The notes beneath the pieces were generated by a model. That model did not search any database. It was not told the origin of the DNA and saw nothing but the letters and a program-made list of their open reading frames with translations. A DNA stretch of 62,669 nt, counting the filler, from Sphacelaria rigidula (taxonomy: Eukaryota): assembly GCA_964200075.2 (NCBI GenBank). It is 4 parts of 4 records of this genome, joined end to end, with 100 filler letters (N's around TTAATTAATTAA, not from the genome) between each part and the next. Parts side by side here need not be neighbours in the genome. Positions count along the whole stretch, not along the records: positions 47,081 to 62,669 come from CAXNAA020001681.1; 3 more parts are not named here. One strand, given 5' to 3'. Position numbers and translations under genes: made by a program. Shown here piece after piece: positions 50,858 to 62,180 of this stretch. Positions within the stretch are counted from its first letter, which is position 1; each line of letters begins with the position of its first letter.

Positions 50858-53800
50858 TAGAACGATATCTTCACCGGGTGTCAGCAGTCCCGTGAAGCAA
50901 AACGAAAGGTGTCACTACTTACCGTAGTATGAGCGTTTTTGTATTGGTACCGGCCACTTGCCCAGATAAAGTGTTGTCCGACCGCAAATGACCCATGCGT
51001 CGGATAACACCCCCTTCCTGCTGAGATTTTTTGGGGAGGGGATGCGTTGATATTGTTCCTCCGCGAGGAGAGATGGGGAGGGGGGGCAGGGGTCATGAGG
51101 CAGCAGGGTAAGGTGAGTACGTTCGAACGATGTCCCTCGCATGTTTGGGGGCATCGCCACTCGTGTAGAGATGCACGTGTAACGAGCCACAACAGTAGAT
51201 ACCATGCTCATCGTGTTTGTAGAGGGATAATAGCGGTGTAATTCCCGAATGGAGGGGAACAAGGAGTCGAAGAAAAATAATTGGCTGCTTACACGTCCTA
51301 TTGATGCGTTCGTGTGTTTGGGTACATCATCGTTCGTGTTTAAGAGGCCAAAACGGTAGATACCACCTGTGTGATCATATCTGGAAGGGTTGAGAAAGTA
51401 TTTTTGTTTTGTGCATTCTTCTTGCACTCTTCAAGTAAACCGAAGATACTTCACGATGTTTAATTTTCGGCTCTCAGTGAGTTTTATAACCTCTTGACCG
51501 AGGGTAGGTCATCTGGGACGCATTACTATTTCAGGTGAAACTGATGCCGGCTCGACAGATGACGTATATGCTGGCGGGTCGAAGGATCAATGTGCCACTG
51601 TGAAGTAAAGGAATCTTAATGACATGGTCTGGATAACCGCGGATGTACCCCCATGGTAGTTACTGGGTTGTTTGGTGTGTGAAGGAGGGGGGGAAAACCA
51701 TGTAGAATTTCGGTGTGGCTGGCCTCGAATCCCCGACCTACCCTTCATCAATCAGTATAGCGTTTTACCCTTTCATGGGGATACCCAGCACTTTCGGTTA
51801 TGTAGCTCAGAATTTCCGGGGAAAAATGTGAAACATAAAACCTAACGCTACATTTTCTGAGTAAAATGCAGTCAGTCTTGAATTATTCTATTCCTTGGCC
51901 TGGTTAAAAAATCTGCTTTCCTACTTTTTAGACCGACTTTAATGGCAACGAATCTCAATAGAAATCGGGGGGACTCATATTTGCAAACTCAAAATCGGGG
52001 GGTCCGCCCTATGGTGCCACAGGTTTGTGAAATAGTTCTGCACGCTGACAGTCATTCATTTTATGAATGAGTGTGGTAACGCGTACTCGTGCATGAAGCC
52101 GAAGAGCAGGCAGGCGGTGGATAATCCTCCGAGTACAGTGTCGTAGCGTGGTACCCTAGGGCTATGCAGTGCAGGACACTCCATCATTAGGGTACATGAT
52201 TATTCCGTATGGAAATACATGATGGCACAGTCGGTATTGCGGCTACAATGAACAAACTGTGAGCGAGAACAGGGCAGTAGTGCAGTTTCATACATCACCC
52301 TGCAAGTACAGCGACAACAGACTAGGATGATACAATACCGTTTGTTATGGTGGTACATATGGCAGCGTAGTGCAGCATCAAATATTACCATCGCCGCACG
52401 GTACGACGTCAACAATTACTATCCGCTTGTCAAACCCCGTGCAAAGCTACTTCAGCAGCTGGCGTGGGCAGGCACGCCCTGTGCTGTCACGAGATTGTCT
52501 TCTGCTGCGGTTGCAAAAATATCAAACGCCACCACTGTACGTCAATACACGTACGTCACCTACTCAAAATCGGGACGACCTCAGCTTTCCCCCGGTTTTG
52601 CGGGGGGAAATCGTTCTGAAATCGTGACACGCCGCGATTTTTTTCTACCCCGAGAAGGCCCAGATCGGGGTGAAATGATGCGCTCTCCGATTTCTTGTCC
52701 CCTGTTGTGCGTGAAAGTCGAGATCGGTGACTGCCATAAAAGGTTGTCTGAGGAAGTTTTTCCCCGAAGACGTCTGAAAGCCTGTAAAAAATCCCGATAA
52801 CCCTTAGATGGCGAAATGAGGTCATCTCTTCAATCGCATCAATTTCTCTTGAACAAAAGTGTGCACGATGCAGATGGACTACCCCCGCGGTCTAAGGGTG
52901 ATGCCGATTCTACATATGACCTACTCTTGAAGGGTTTATATCTACGCCGTGCGACGGAGCACTTTGTGCCTACGGGGAGCCATGGAACACCCTGGCTGCC
53001 CGAGCATTCACCGTCTGCTTTTGTCGGGTTACGGTCAGTGGTGAAGTGTATTTGAGTCAGTCCACAAAAGACCCAGATATTGTGAAGAGGGGGAATGACG
53101 GAATTGAGCCTTTGACCACCGGAGGTGTACATTCGTTGAAGGACTTAATTTCATTTGTCGAATCGACATCAGTTTTATTTAAAAATGACTGAGAATGAAG
53201 CCGATTGCACAAACGGACACCTCCGGCGGTTGAAGGATGTGGATTGTCGTCGTAGGACAAAGTATCCTGTGACCATGAGAGCCATATATTACTTTCCGTG
53301 CCGCAGTGTTAACGATCTCCATCGATTGGCGGGTTGCGGTTGGCGGTAGGGTTAGAGTGTTGTTGGGTCAGTCTACCATAGTTTTTGATACTATGGAGAG
53401 AGGAACCGATGACGAAATTGAGTCCCTCGACCGCCTCTTGTTGAAGAGGCACCATTATCAGGTCTCTTTCAGGTAAAAATGAACAGGGGTAGTCACTGGC
53501 GCGTGAGGGGGGTAAAACGGGAGAAAACGTCACTGGTACCGGAGTGATGGGTTCCGTTGGATTGACTGGTGAAGAGTAGGTCACTGGTGCTGGGGGAATA
53601 GGGTGCGTTAGTTTGCCATGAGGGAAACCTAAACGGCTCGACACGTCACTGATGTCGGAGGTTCCACGCGTTAAATTACAAGGAGAAAGAAGTGAAAAAT
53701 ACCACGGAAACTGGTAGCGTTAATTCCGGTAGGGAAACGTGAGATTCTGGTGGCTGGGGGAATCTCTGGTCCCAGAGTATATTTTGCGGAAAGAAGGGCA

Positions 53801-54299
53801 CATTCCGCGAAGGGATACGGAAAAGTGCGGATAAACAGCAAATTCCCAGGAAAAGACGGAAGGGCAGAAACGAACGAATTAAATACTGGCACCTGGTGCG
53901 CCGGGGTGCGGAGAGATACTGCGCTGTCAGGTGTAATAACTGTCACACCTGCGTGCAGGAATGCCATATGCGGAGGAACATTATGAATTAGAATAATATT
54001 CAGAGAGGGAGATGGAGAAAGGAAGCGGGAACAAAGGAGGAGACTACAGAGGTACTGAAACTCAACAGATACCGTAGAGTAGTACGAAAACAAACACACC
54101 AGGGGGCACCTCAAAACCACCGACCGAAGACAAAATCAAGAACCGCTGGAAAAAGAAGGGGTACATCGGTTTCCATGTTTTCGCCCAATTTCTCGAATTC
54201 ATCCCTAGTCAGGTGCAAAGCGGGCAATTCTCTCGGTCCTTTCCATCTTGGATTCGTCGCAGCTGATGCTCTTACGGTGTCGCGAGGGTAGTTATCAAA

Positions 54300-55090
54300 T
54301 CGGCGGCCCACGACGCATCAGGCCCTCGTTTGTGTCGGCGGTCCATTTCTCGTTTGTCTTCGCGTCGCCACGTGTCCTCGAACTCTTCCGCCTCTTTCTC
54401 GACTCCAACATGCCATTTGCCTTTGCCGCAGTGACCTAATCGTGAGCATTATTGGCCTCTACATCGTAGGCCATCCATTTCCGTCGCGCTCATGTGCGTC
54501 GTAGAGCTCCTGGTGCACGTGGGTATCTCCGGGAGGTTGTCCCCATAGCGTTTGGGGGGGCAGCCAGCCTCCTTGGGCCCTTGTGCGGCTATCAGTCCGT
54601 GATGCGTTTGGGAAGGCGCGTTTCCTTCTGCAGGATAAGAGCCCCCGCGAACCACTGTTGACGCTTCGGCGACGTTCGTAGTTGCTCATCTCGAGCACAG
54701 CTCTGTACGGAAGCGTCTTGCAGCCCGTTCGACTTTCCCTACAGAATCCAACCACGTGTAGCAAAATTTGTGTTGGGCAGTGCGCAGACTGTCCGAGTCC
54801 TCGGAACGTACGGTTCATGTGGCACACCCGTGCGAAAGACCTTTCGCCAATTTTGCTTTGAGCAGCCGAACTTTCAAAGATAGCTGGGCGTTGATATGGT
54901 CGTAGAATGGGGAACGATACCTTCGGAGACGTGCCCACGCCGCGCTGATGCGGCGGTTGAGTTCGATGGAAACGTTCGCATCCATGCTGGCAGCACGAAG
55001 GTAGACAAAGTTGGCCGCCTGCTCATACCGTTGACCTGCCGCGCTGACATGCAGCGCGATCTTTGTGGTACTGGATACTGACCACAGGTG
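54300..55090 (-). mobile_element. RTE-like LINE 3' fragment (C-terminal RT/thumb region), decayed
   Basis: RYEQAANFVYL...NVSIELNRRISAAWARLRRY...LSLKVRLLKA...HGCAT, typical of the RTE ORF2 C-terminus. The distal part matches 770-920. Confidence 0.85.
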
Positions 55091-55231
55091 CATAATACTG
55101 TCATTTTTACACTGTCGTCAGGTGGAGCGCTGGAATAAATTGTAGCGCAAGGGATCCTGAGCAGCAAGTGTTACTTGGAACGGCCGTCGTTGGGAACTAT
55201 ACGAGGCTGAAAACCTCACGTCTGCAGAAAG

Positions 55232-57523
55232 GTGGGTTGCTGCCCACATCACGCCGAGGACGGGATGGTGAATGTTCAGCGCAAGGCGTGCTGCAGGGAA
55301 GACTGCTCTAAGATAGCGTCGTTTGGGCTAGCGGGAGGCAATAAGGCCAAGTTCTGCTCACAGCACGCCAAGAACGGGATGGTTAATGTCAAGAGCAAGA
55401 CATGCTGCAGAGAGGACTGCTTCAAGATACCGTCCTTTGGGTTGGCGGGAAGCAGGAGGGCGGAGTTCTGCTCACAGCACACCGAGGACGGAATGGTGAA
55501 TATTAGGGACAAGACATGCGGCAGAGAGAGTTGCTTCAAGATACCGTCGTTTGGGTTGGCGGGAAGCAAGAGGGCGGAGTTCTGCTCACAGCACGCCGAG
55601 GACTCGATGGTGGATGTCAAGAACAAGACGTGCTGCAGAGAGGGCTGCTTCAAGATCGCATCGTTTGGGCTGGTGGGAAGCAGGAAGGCGGAGTTCTGCT
55701 CACAGCACGCCGAGGGCGGGATGGTAAATGTTCAGCGCCAGACGTGCCGCAGAGAGGGCTGCTTCAAGATACCGTCGTTTGGGTGGACGGGATGCAAGAG
55801 GGCGGAGTTCTGCTCACAGCACGCCGAGGACTCGATGGTTAATGTCAAGGACAAGACGTGCTGCAGAGAGGGCTGCTTCAAGATCGCATCGTGTGGGTTG
55901 GCGGGAAGCAGGAAAGCGGAGTTCTGCTTACAGCACGCCAAGAATGGGATGGTTAATGTCAAGAACAAGACGTGCTGCAGAGAGGGCTGCTTCAAAATCG
56001 CATCGTTTGGGTCAGCGGGAAGCGGGAAGGCGGAGTTTTGCTCACAGCACGCCGAGGACGGGATGGTGAATGTCAAGAACAAGACGTGCGGCAGAGAAGG
56101 TTGCTCCAAGAGGGTGCTGTTTGGGTTTAGGGGCAAGAAGGCAGAGTTATGCGCACAACACGCCGAGGACGGGATGGTTAACCTTAGGGACAAGACGTGC
56201 TGCAGGCAAGGTTGCTCCAAGCGGACGTCGTTTGGATTGACGGGAAGTAAGAAAGCGGAGTTCTGCTCACAGCATGCCGAGAGCGGGATGGTTAATGTCC
56301 AGCGCAAGGCGTGCTGCAGAGAGGGCTGCCAGAAGATGGCCTCGTTCGGGCTGGTGGGAAGCTTGAAGGCAGTGTTCTGCTCACAGCACGCCGAGGACGG
56401 GATGGCGAATGTCAAGCACAAGACGTGCTGCAGAGAAGATTGCTCCAAGCGGGCGTCGTTTGGGTTGACGGGAAGCAAGGAGGCGGAGTTCTGCTCACAG
56501 CACGCAGAGGATGGGATGGTAAAGGTTAGGGACAAGTCGTGCTGGAGAGAGGGCTGCTTCAAGATACCGTCGTTTGGGCTGGCGGGAAGCAAGAAGGCCG
56601 AGTTCTGCTCACAGCACGCCGAGGGCGGGATGGTGAATGTCAGGCATAAGACGTGCTTCAGAGAGGGCTGCTTCAAGATAGCGGCGTTCGGGCTGGCGGA
56701 AAGCAAAAAAGCAGAGTTCTGCTCACAGCACGCCGAGGGCGGGATGGTCAATGTCAAGGATAAGGTGTGCTGCAGAGAGGGCTGCTTCAAAATAGCGTCG
56801 TTTGGGTCGGTGGGAAGCAAGAAGGCGGAGTTCTGCTCACAGCACGCCAAGAACGGGATGGTTAATGTCAAGAACAAGACGTGCTGCACGGAGGGCTGTT
56901 CCAAGCAGGCGTCGTTTGGGCTGGCGGGAAGCAAGAGGGCGGAGGTCTGCGCACAGCACGCCGAGGACGGAATGATTAATGTGGTCAGCAAGAGGTGCGG
57001 CAGAGAGGGCTGCTTCAAGATACCGTCGTTTGGGCTGGCGGGAAGCAGAAAGGCGAAGTTCTGCTCACAGCACGCCGAGGACTCAATGGTGGATGTCAGG
57101 AACAAGACGTGCTGCAGAGAGGGCTGCGCCAAGAGGGCGTCGTTTGTGTTGACTGGAAGCAAGGAGGCCGAGTTCTGCTCACAGCACGCCCAGAACGACA
57201 TGGTAAGCGCCCGCTCTAAGAAAAATGTCCCAACAGCCGCTTGCCGTTTTGAACAACCGGCAATTCCCAGGAAAAAGGTGAAGCTAGAGATGGCTGTGCA
57301 CGAGTCTAATGATAGAGGAGGATATCCAAGACGATCATCCATTAGCGAAATGCGGCAGTCCAAGCAGGGCGAGGCTTCCAAGAGTTGCACCACAAGGAGA
57401 GCTGAGTTCACTCGTACGACTGGTGAACTATTCCAGGATCAAGTCGCCCGTAGCATCACTACCGCACGCATTCTGGTACGCGAGGGGGGGACGAACGTGA
57501 AATCAGAGATGAGCGTTTCATAG
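55232..57523 (+). CDS. EsV-1-7 cysteine-rich repeat protein (17 full 38-aa repeats plus a partial one, and a ~110-aa unique C-tail)
   Basis: 763-codon ORF with consensus KTCCREGCFKIASFGLAGSKKAEFCSQHAEDGMVNV (C-x4-C...C-x2-H), 114-nt period and 18 CxxH motifs. This pattern is the EsV-1-7 family of phaeoviruses and brown algae. True 5' end uncertain (ATG at 55265, or acceptor tctgcag ending at 55227). Confidence 0.92.
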   Translation: MGCCPHHAEDGMVNVQRKACCREDCSKIASFGLAGGNKAKFCSQHAKNGMVNVKSKTCCREDCFKIPSFGLAGSRRAEFCSQHTEDGMVNIRDKTCGRESCFKIPSFGLAGSKRAEFCSQHAEDSMVDVKNKTCCREGCFKIASFGLVGSRKAEFCSQHAEGGMVNVQRQTCRREGCFKIPSFGWTGCKRAEFCSQHAEDSMVNVKDKTCCREGCFKIASCGLAGSRKAEFCLQHAKNGMVNVKNKTCCREGCFKIASFGSAGSGKAEFCSQHAEDGMVNVKNKTCGREGCSKRVLFGFRGKKAELCAQHAEDGMVNLRDKTCCRQGCSKRTSFGLTGSKKAEFCSQHAESGMVNVQRKACCREGCQKMASFGLVGSLKAVFCSQHAEDGMANVKHKTCCREDCSKRASFGLTGSKEAEFCSQHAEDGMVKVRDKSCWREGCFKIPSFGLAGSKKAEFCSQHAEGGMVNVRHKTCFREGCFKIAAFGLAESKKAEFCSQHAEGGMVNVKDKVCCREGCFKIASFGSVGSKKAEFCSQHAKNGMVNVKNKTCCTEGCSKQASFGLAGSKRAEVCAQHAEDGMINVVSKRCGREGCFKIPSFGLAGSRKAKFCSQHAEDSMVDVRNKTCCREGCAKRASFVLTGSKEAEFCSQHAQNDMVSARSKKNVPTAACRFEQPAIPRKKVKLEMAVHESNDRGGYPRRSSISEMRQSKQGEASKSCTTRRAEFTRTTGELFQDQVARSITTARILVREGGTNVKSEMSVS

Positions 57524-59396
57524 CCCTATTTTTCTGGCTTGATTGCGACACGAGTCTTCGCTGCTACTCGTGATGGTGTGTAAGCGCTATGATGGTGGCC
57601 GCCAGAGGACTGTTGTTGCGTTGCAGATAACTATTTGTGACTGTAGGATATTGGGGTGTGCTCACTCTCATCTGCTCATTCGTTGATCGTTTTGTTGGTG
57701 GCATCCACGTCATATATGGAGATGTGACTGGTGTCGAATAAAGAATGGTTAGGGTCTATCTGTTGACTCCTGGGAAATAAATTCCAAGCGTACAACGCAG
57801 AATTTTTCTGTCGAGTATGGAGGCCACAACTAAGCGCGTTCTCACATCTTGTGCAGAAGTTGTTTATTCCTCGAAGGTCCTTCGTTCATCAAGCGCGTGC
57901 AGATGTTAGTTGACACAGCATGCTCTCTTCGTCACGCCCCTACGAATATCTATTATGCTTGAGAATCATGCTAAGGAGGCACCTGAGGAGTATGCTAAGG
58001 TATGCACCCAGATCAAGCTTGCGCGGTAGTTACGCGGAAAGCGGTCTGCTTCCTTGAAGATGCGTATGTATGTGACTCTATTCATAGGTCACCCCCTTCC
58101 CCCCCCCCCCCCTATAAAATCAGGGAGTACGACGGTTTTGGTCAGCGCTTTGAGCTCGCAGAGTCGGTGAAATGCGCTGAAAGAGTACGTACGCGATCGA
58201 GGGCCATTAGGCCGACATAAAAGTCGTTGGGCACCATCGCCGGAAGTATGGAGAAACCACTGTTTGGGGCGTGAACCTCATTTTGGTGTGCAACCTTATG
58301 TTATAGACTTTTATATCAGTTGGCTGCCCCTGATGCATTTATTTTTTGTATTCGAAGAATTTATGCTAAAAATAGTCAGCCGATTTGACTTCTAACCCTG
58401 CTGCGTTTTTGGTGAAATTGAGCATGGCCATGGCGATGACGCAGTCAGACGTAACAAGACGCTGTGCGACACACATGGGATATCCACGTGGCGAGGGGCA
58501 TGTTCTCGTCTACCTCAGCCAGTCGGTATACTCGTAGGCTGCCGTAACACAGCAGACGCTGCAGGCAGTGGTGGTAGGGGCACTTGCAGAGACAGCACGG
58601 ACAGTGCAGTCAGAATTTTCGCAAGAAGGTATACCGCTATAATACTGTGGTCCGAAGACAGGGGGCGGGCTGAACGGTTCGTCATGTCTTTGTTTCGTTT
58701 GGAATAGTTCTTCTCCTCGTGTTGCACACTCGTTGGCGTTGGGAGGGCCGCAAGCGGACACCTCCCCGGCAAAAAATTATGCGGTAGAGATACCCCCGAA
58801 GGAGTATTCTCCAGGGATTACAGCACTCCAGGCTTATCTCAGCCAGTGCAAGAGCCTGCTCCCCCTGGGGTCACCAGTCCTCATGACCACTGGCAAGCCC
58901 CCGCCAGGTAAGTATGCCCGACCGCTGAGCGGTCACGCCCCCTGAGACCTCACAGGTCTAAGAAACCCCGTAGTCCACTGTCTACCAATCTGATCCATTC
59001 GCCTCTCCTTGTATTATCCCGTGTTTCGAAAACCGACACTGAAAATGACTCAACAGACGCAATAATACCGTCGGTACCCAGCGGCTGTGCAGCTGTGCGG
59101 GGTCCGCGGGAAGGTGCAAAAACAAGGCTCCCCGACCCATGGCTCGTGCTTTTCGCTTCCTGCCCTCCAGGGGGGGAAGAGAGGATCATCCACACTCTCA
59201 ACACAAAACTATTTCGACGCCAATCCACATACAGAACGAGTCGCTGGGTCTTACACTACCCGGGGCGAGTTACTAAACCCTTTTGGAACCCACTGACGAT
59301 TGTTGTTTGTGTGAATCGGCATCATTTTGACACAAAAATGACTGAAAATGACGCCGATTCACAAAAACAGAAATCGTCAATAGGCTCCAAAAGGGG

Positions 59397-59678
59397 GGCC
59401 GTGTCTTATCAAATTGGTTTCGTGTCGAAAACGTGCGATCGAATCGAATTCCCTCGTTTCTGATTTGCCCACGCTCTTTATTTTCTCAGGCTTTGTCTTA
59501 TCAAATGGTTTCCGTGTCGAAAACGTGCGGTCGAATCGAATTCCCTCGTTTCTGATTCGTCCACGCTGCTCGTTTTCTCAGATCGGTGAGAACATGGATG
59601 CCGTGCACGTATCAGGTAAGAGCAAATTCGATTCCACCGTACGTTTTCGAGTCGAAAACAATTTGATAAGACACGGCC
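59397..59678. mobile_element. Fold-back MITE with TIR GGCCGTGTCTTATCAAATT
   Basis: Perfect 19-bp terminal inverted repeat that extends imperfectly inward. Internal direct duplication of the left arm at about 59490-59580. Confidence 0.85.
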
Positions 59679-59689
59679 TCACAGTGGCG

Positions 59690-62180
59690 TATCTTGCAAA
59701 CGGACCACCGCACTCCGCGCTCGGCATATAATCCCATCATAAAATGCTGAAGGGAATGGAACCAGATCTTCGACACCTTCGAGCTATGGGGGCGTGAGCT
59801 TTCGTTCATATCAAGCGGCACACTCCAAAACTCGTTCTCAAGGCAGTCGAAGGACGGTTAGTTGGGTAGAGTAATCACAGCAAGAGCTACCAGGTCTACA
59901 TTCTGGCCACCCGACGTATCATTGAAAGCAGGAACATCGTCTTCATCTGGACGCTGCCACATCTTACACCGACGGGAGAGCCACAATTTCTGATACACGC
60001 ACGCGTTTTCATCTAGCGATAGCGTAGGCCACAATTACGCCACCGACGACGACTTCTGACGTCATCTTCGCGACCACACCTCCGTACTAGCTCAACCAGC
60101 TCGCGTATCTGTCGATCATGCCACTGCCAGCGGGGTCTCCAGCAATCCACAGGTGGTCGAGCTCCTGGAGAGGATCAGTATCATCACCCGGCGATATATG
60201 CTCCACGACGATGCCACACCTCATGAAGGGTCGTCATCAGCGTCACCGGAAGGCCGAGAACCGCCTGAAAAAACTGTGGCCCCTTCACAGGACGGAGCTA
60301 GTCAGTCCACGGAGACATCATCAACCGAATCACCGTTCAACCACCCTCAATACTCTCTCGTCACCAAGCGACTCCTGCGGTGACACCCGCGGGTGTCGCA
60401 ACACGCTCCTGCAGGGAGCGCAACACCACCACGGCAGCCCAGCTTTTGCGCACCTTACAGCAATTGTCAACAGCAAACTACTCTCGAAGCTACGGCAACT
60501 GGCCCTAGACATCAATGCGCTCCTACCGGATGTCGCACATCAACCGTTTGAGGCAAAGTCAGTCGTGGAGTATGCCTACACCACGACCAGCCTTCTGAGC
60601 GGTTCGGTGGGGGAGGCCGAAAAACTCCCGATCGCGTACAATGAGGCTATGGGCCTCCCGGAAAGGGAATGCTGGAAGACGGTTATGGGCGAAGAAATGG
60701 ACAGCCTGAAGAAGAACCACGTGTATACTATTGTGCCCGGCTACCACCGTTCCAACCGGGCACGGGCTGATCTGTTCTAGATAGATCTATGAAGGGGAGG
60801 CAGATCTTTCGTACAAGGCCCGAGTTGTCGTGCAGGGTCGGGGACAAGTTCCGGGTGTTGACTGTGGCAGTACATTTGCTCAGGCCCTGCAGGATCCAGG
60901 GCATCCGCATGGTGTTGGCTGTGGCGGCGGAATACGACTTGGAGTGTTGGTAGTTAGACTACAACGCCGCCTTCCTGATTGCCGAACTTGAGGAGGAGGT
61001 TTACGTGAAAATGGCGCCTGGTCACGAGGTGTTCGGCTCAAATGGAACCCCGATGGTGATGCGGCTTCACAAGCGCCTCTATGGCATTCGCCACGGCCCA
61101 AACCACTGGTGGGGCACCGTCGACACGCACCTGGCGGAGATCTGGTTCAAGAGCCTCAAGTCGGACCCTTGCGTGACCAGGAAAGCGGCAACGTCTATTT
61201 TCTTGACCTTGCACGTTGACGACGTTTTACTGCTTGGTAAGGACATCAACGTTCTGGAAAATATCAGGTGGAAACTAATGAGACCTTTTTCGATTACCGA
61301 CATGGGAGGTGTGCCGTTGGTACTCGGGATGGAGGTTACTCGCGACCGCGAAAAAACATGGTTACTTTCACTCGGGAAAGCCATACCAAGTACCTGCTGG
61401 AGCGATACCGGATGGAGAAATGCAACCCGGTGTACATCCCTGGGGTGGGGCAGGAACGGCCATTTGATTAATCGGAGGATATGTTGCTCTGCTAAATTAG
61501 CAGGACAAGAAGCGCTTCCAGGCCATCACAGGCAGCGTTATGTACCTCGCACAGGTCACCCCGTTGATCAACTAGCGCGGGCGATGTCCAAACCGTCCAA
61601 GGCGCACATGGCAGCGACCAAACACTTACAAAGGTATTTGGCGGGGACTACGAACCGCAACATCAGCTACGAACAGGGCGGCTTTGAATTGACGGCATTC
61701 TCCGACACAAACTGGGGCAACAACCCAGACAACGGAAAATCGCCTCCATCATACATTGCTTTTCTCTCTAATGGTCCAATTAGCTTCAAGGTGGGACTGC
61801 AAGGAGGAACAGCGCAATCGACCACGGGAGCAGAACTCGTGGCCGCAGCACACACCATGAAGGACGCCGTATCTTTCTCGAACATAATGCGGGGGCTGGA
61901 GTGTGGTACGCGCTTTGATTCTGTTTCCGTCTATATCAACGATACCCCAACTCTCCACGTCTCCAGCAACCGGACCTCCTGCTCACGAGTGAAGCACGTA
62001 GTTCTACGATACTTCTTCATCCAGGAACTGATCGAAGAAGGAAAAATCAACATCCGCTGCGTCAAGATCGAGGACCAACTTGCCGATACAGGGACCAGGC
62101 ACCTCAGCAGACACAGGCACCGCTATCTTGTCAAGATGATCAACGCCTGTGAAGGCTGAGTCGCGTTGAGGGGGAGTTTG
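59690..62180 (+). mobile_element. 5'-truncated, decayed Ty1/copia element (end of integrase, RT, RNase H)
   Basis: KAVEGRLVG*SNHSKSYQVY...RRIIESRNIVF, YKARVVVQGRGQVPGVDCGSTFA, LDYNAAFL, LHKRLYGIRHGP, LHVDDVLLLG, FSDTNWG, RVKHVVLRYFFIQELI. PPT-like GAGGGGGAG at 62168. No LTR pair seen. Confidence 0.92.

Noticed and set aside
52560-54120. Pro-rich ORF fragments as a gag or host gene
   Set aside because: No diagnostic motif, LTR pair or splice model found; cannot be supported by eye.
55732-57411. 559-aa minus-strand ORF and other short ORFs over the EsV-1-7 gene
   Set aside because: Antisense or alternate-frame shadows of a stop-poor tandem repeat; the plus frame carries the recognisable domain.
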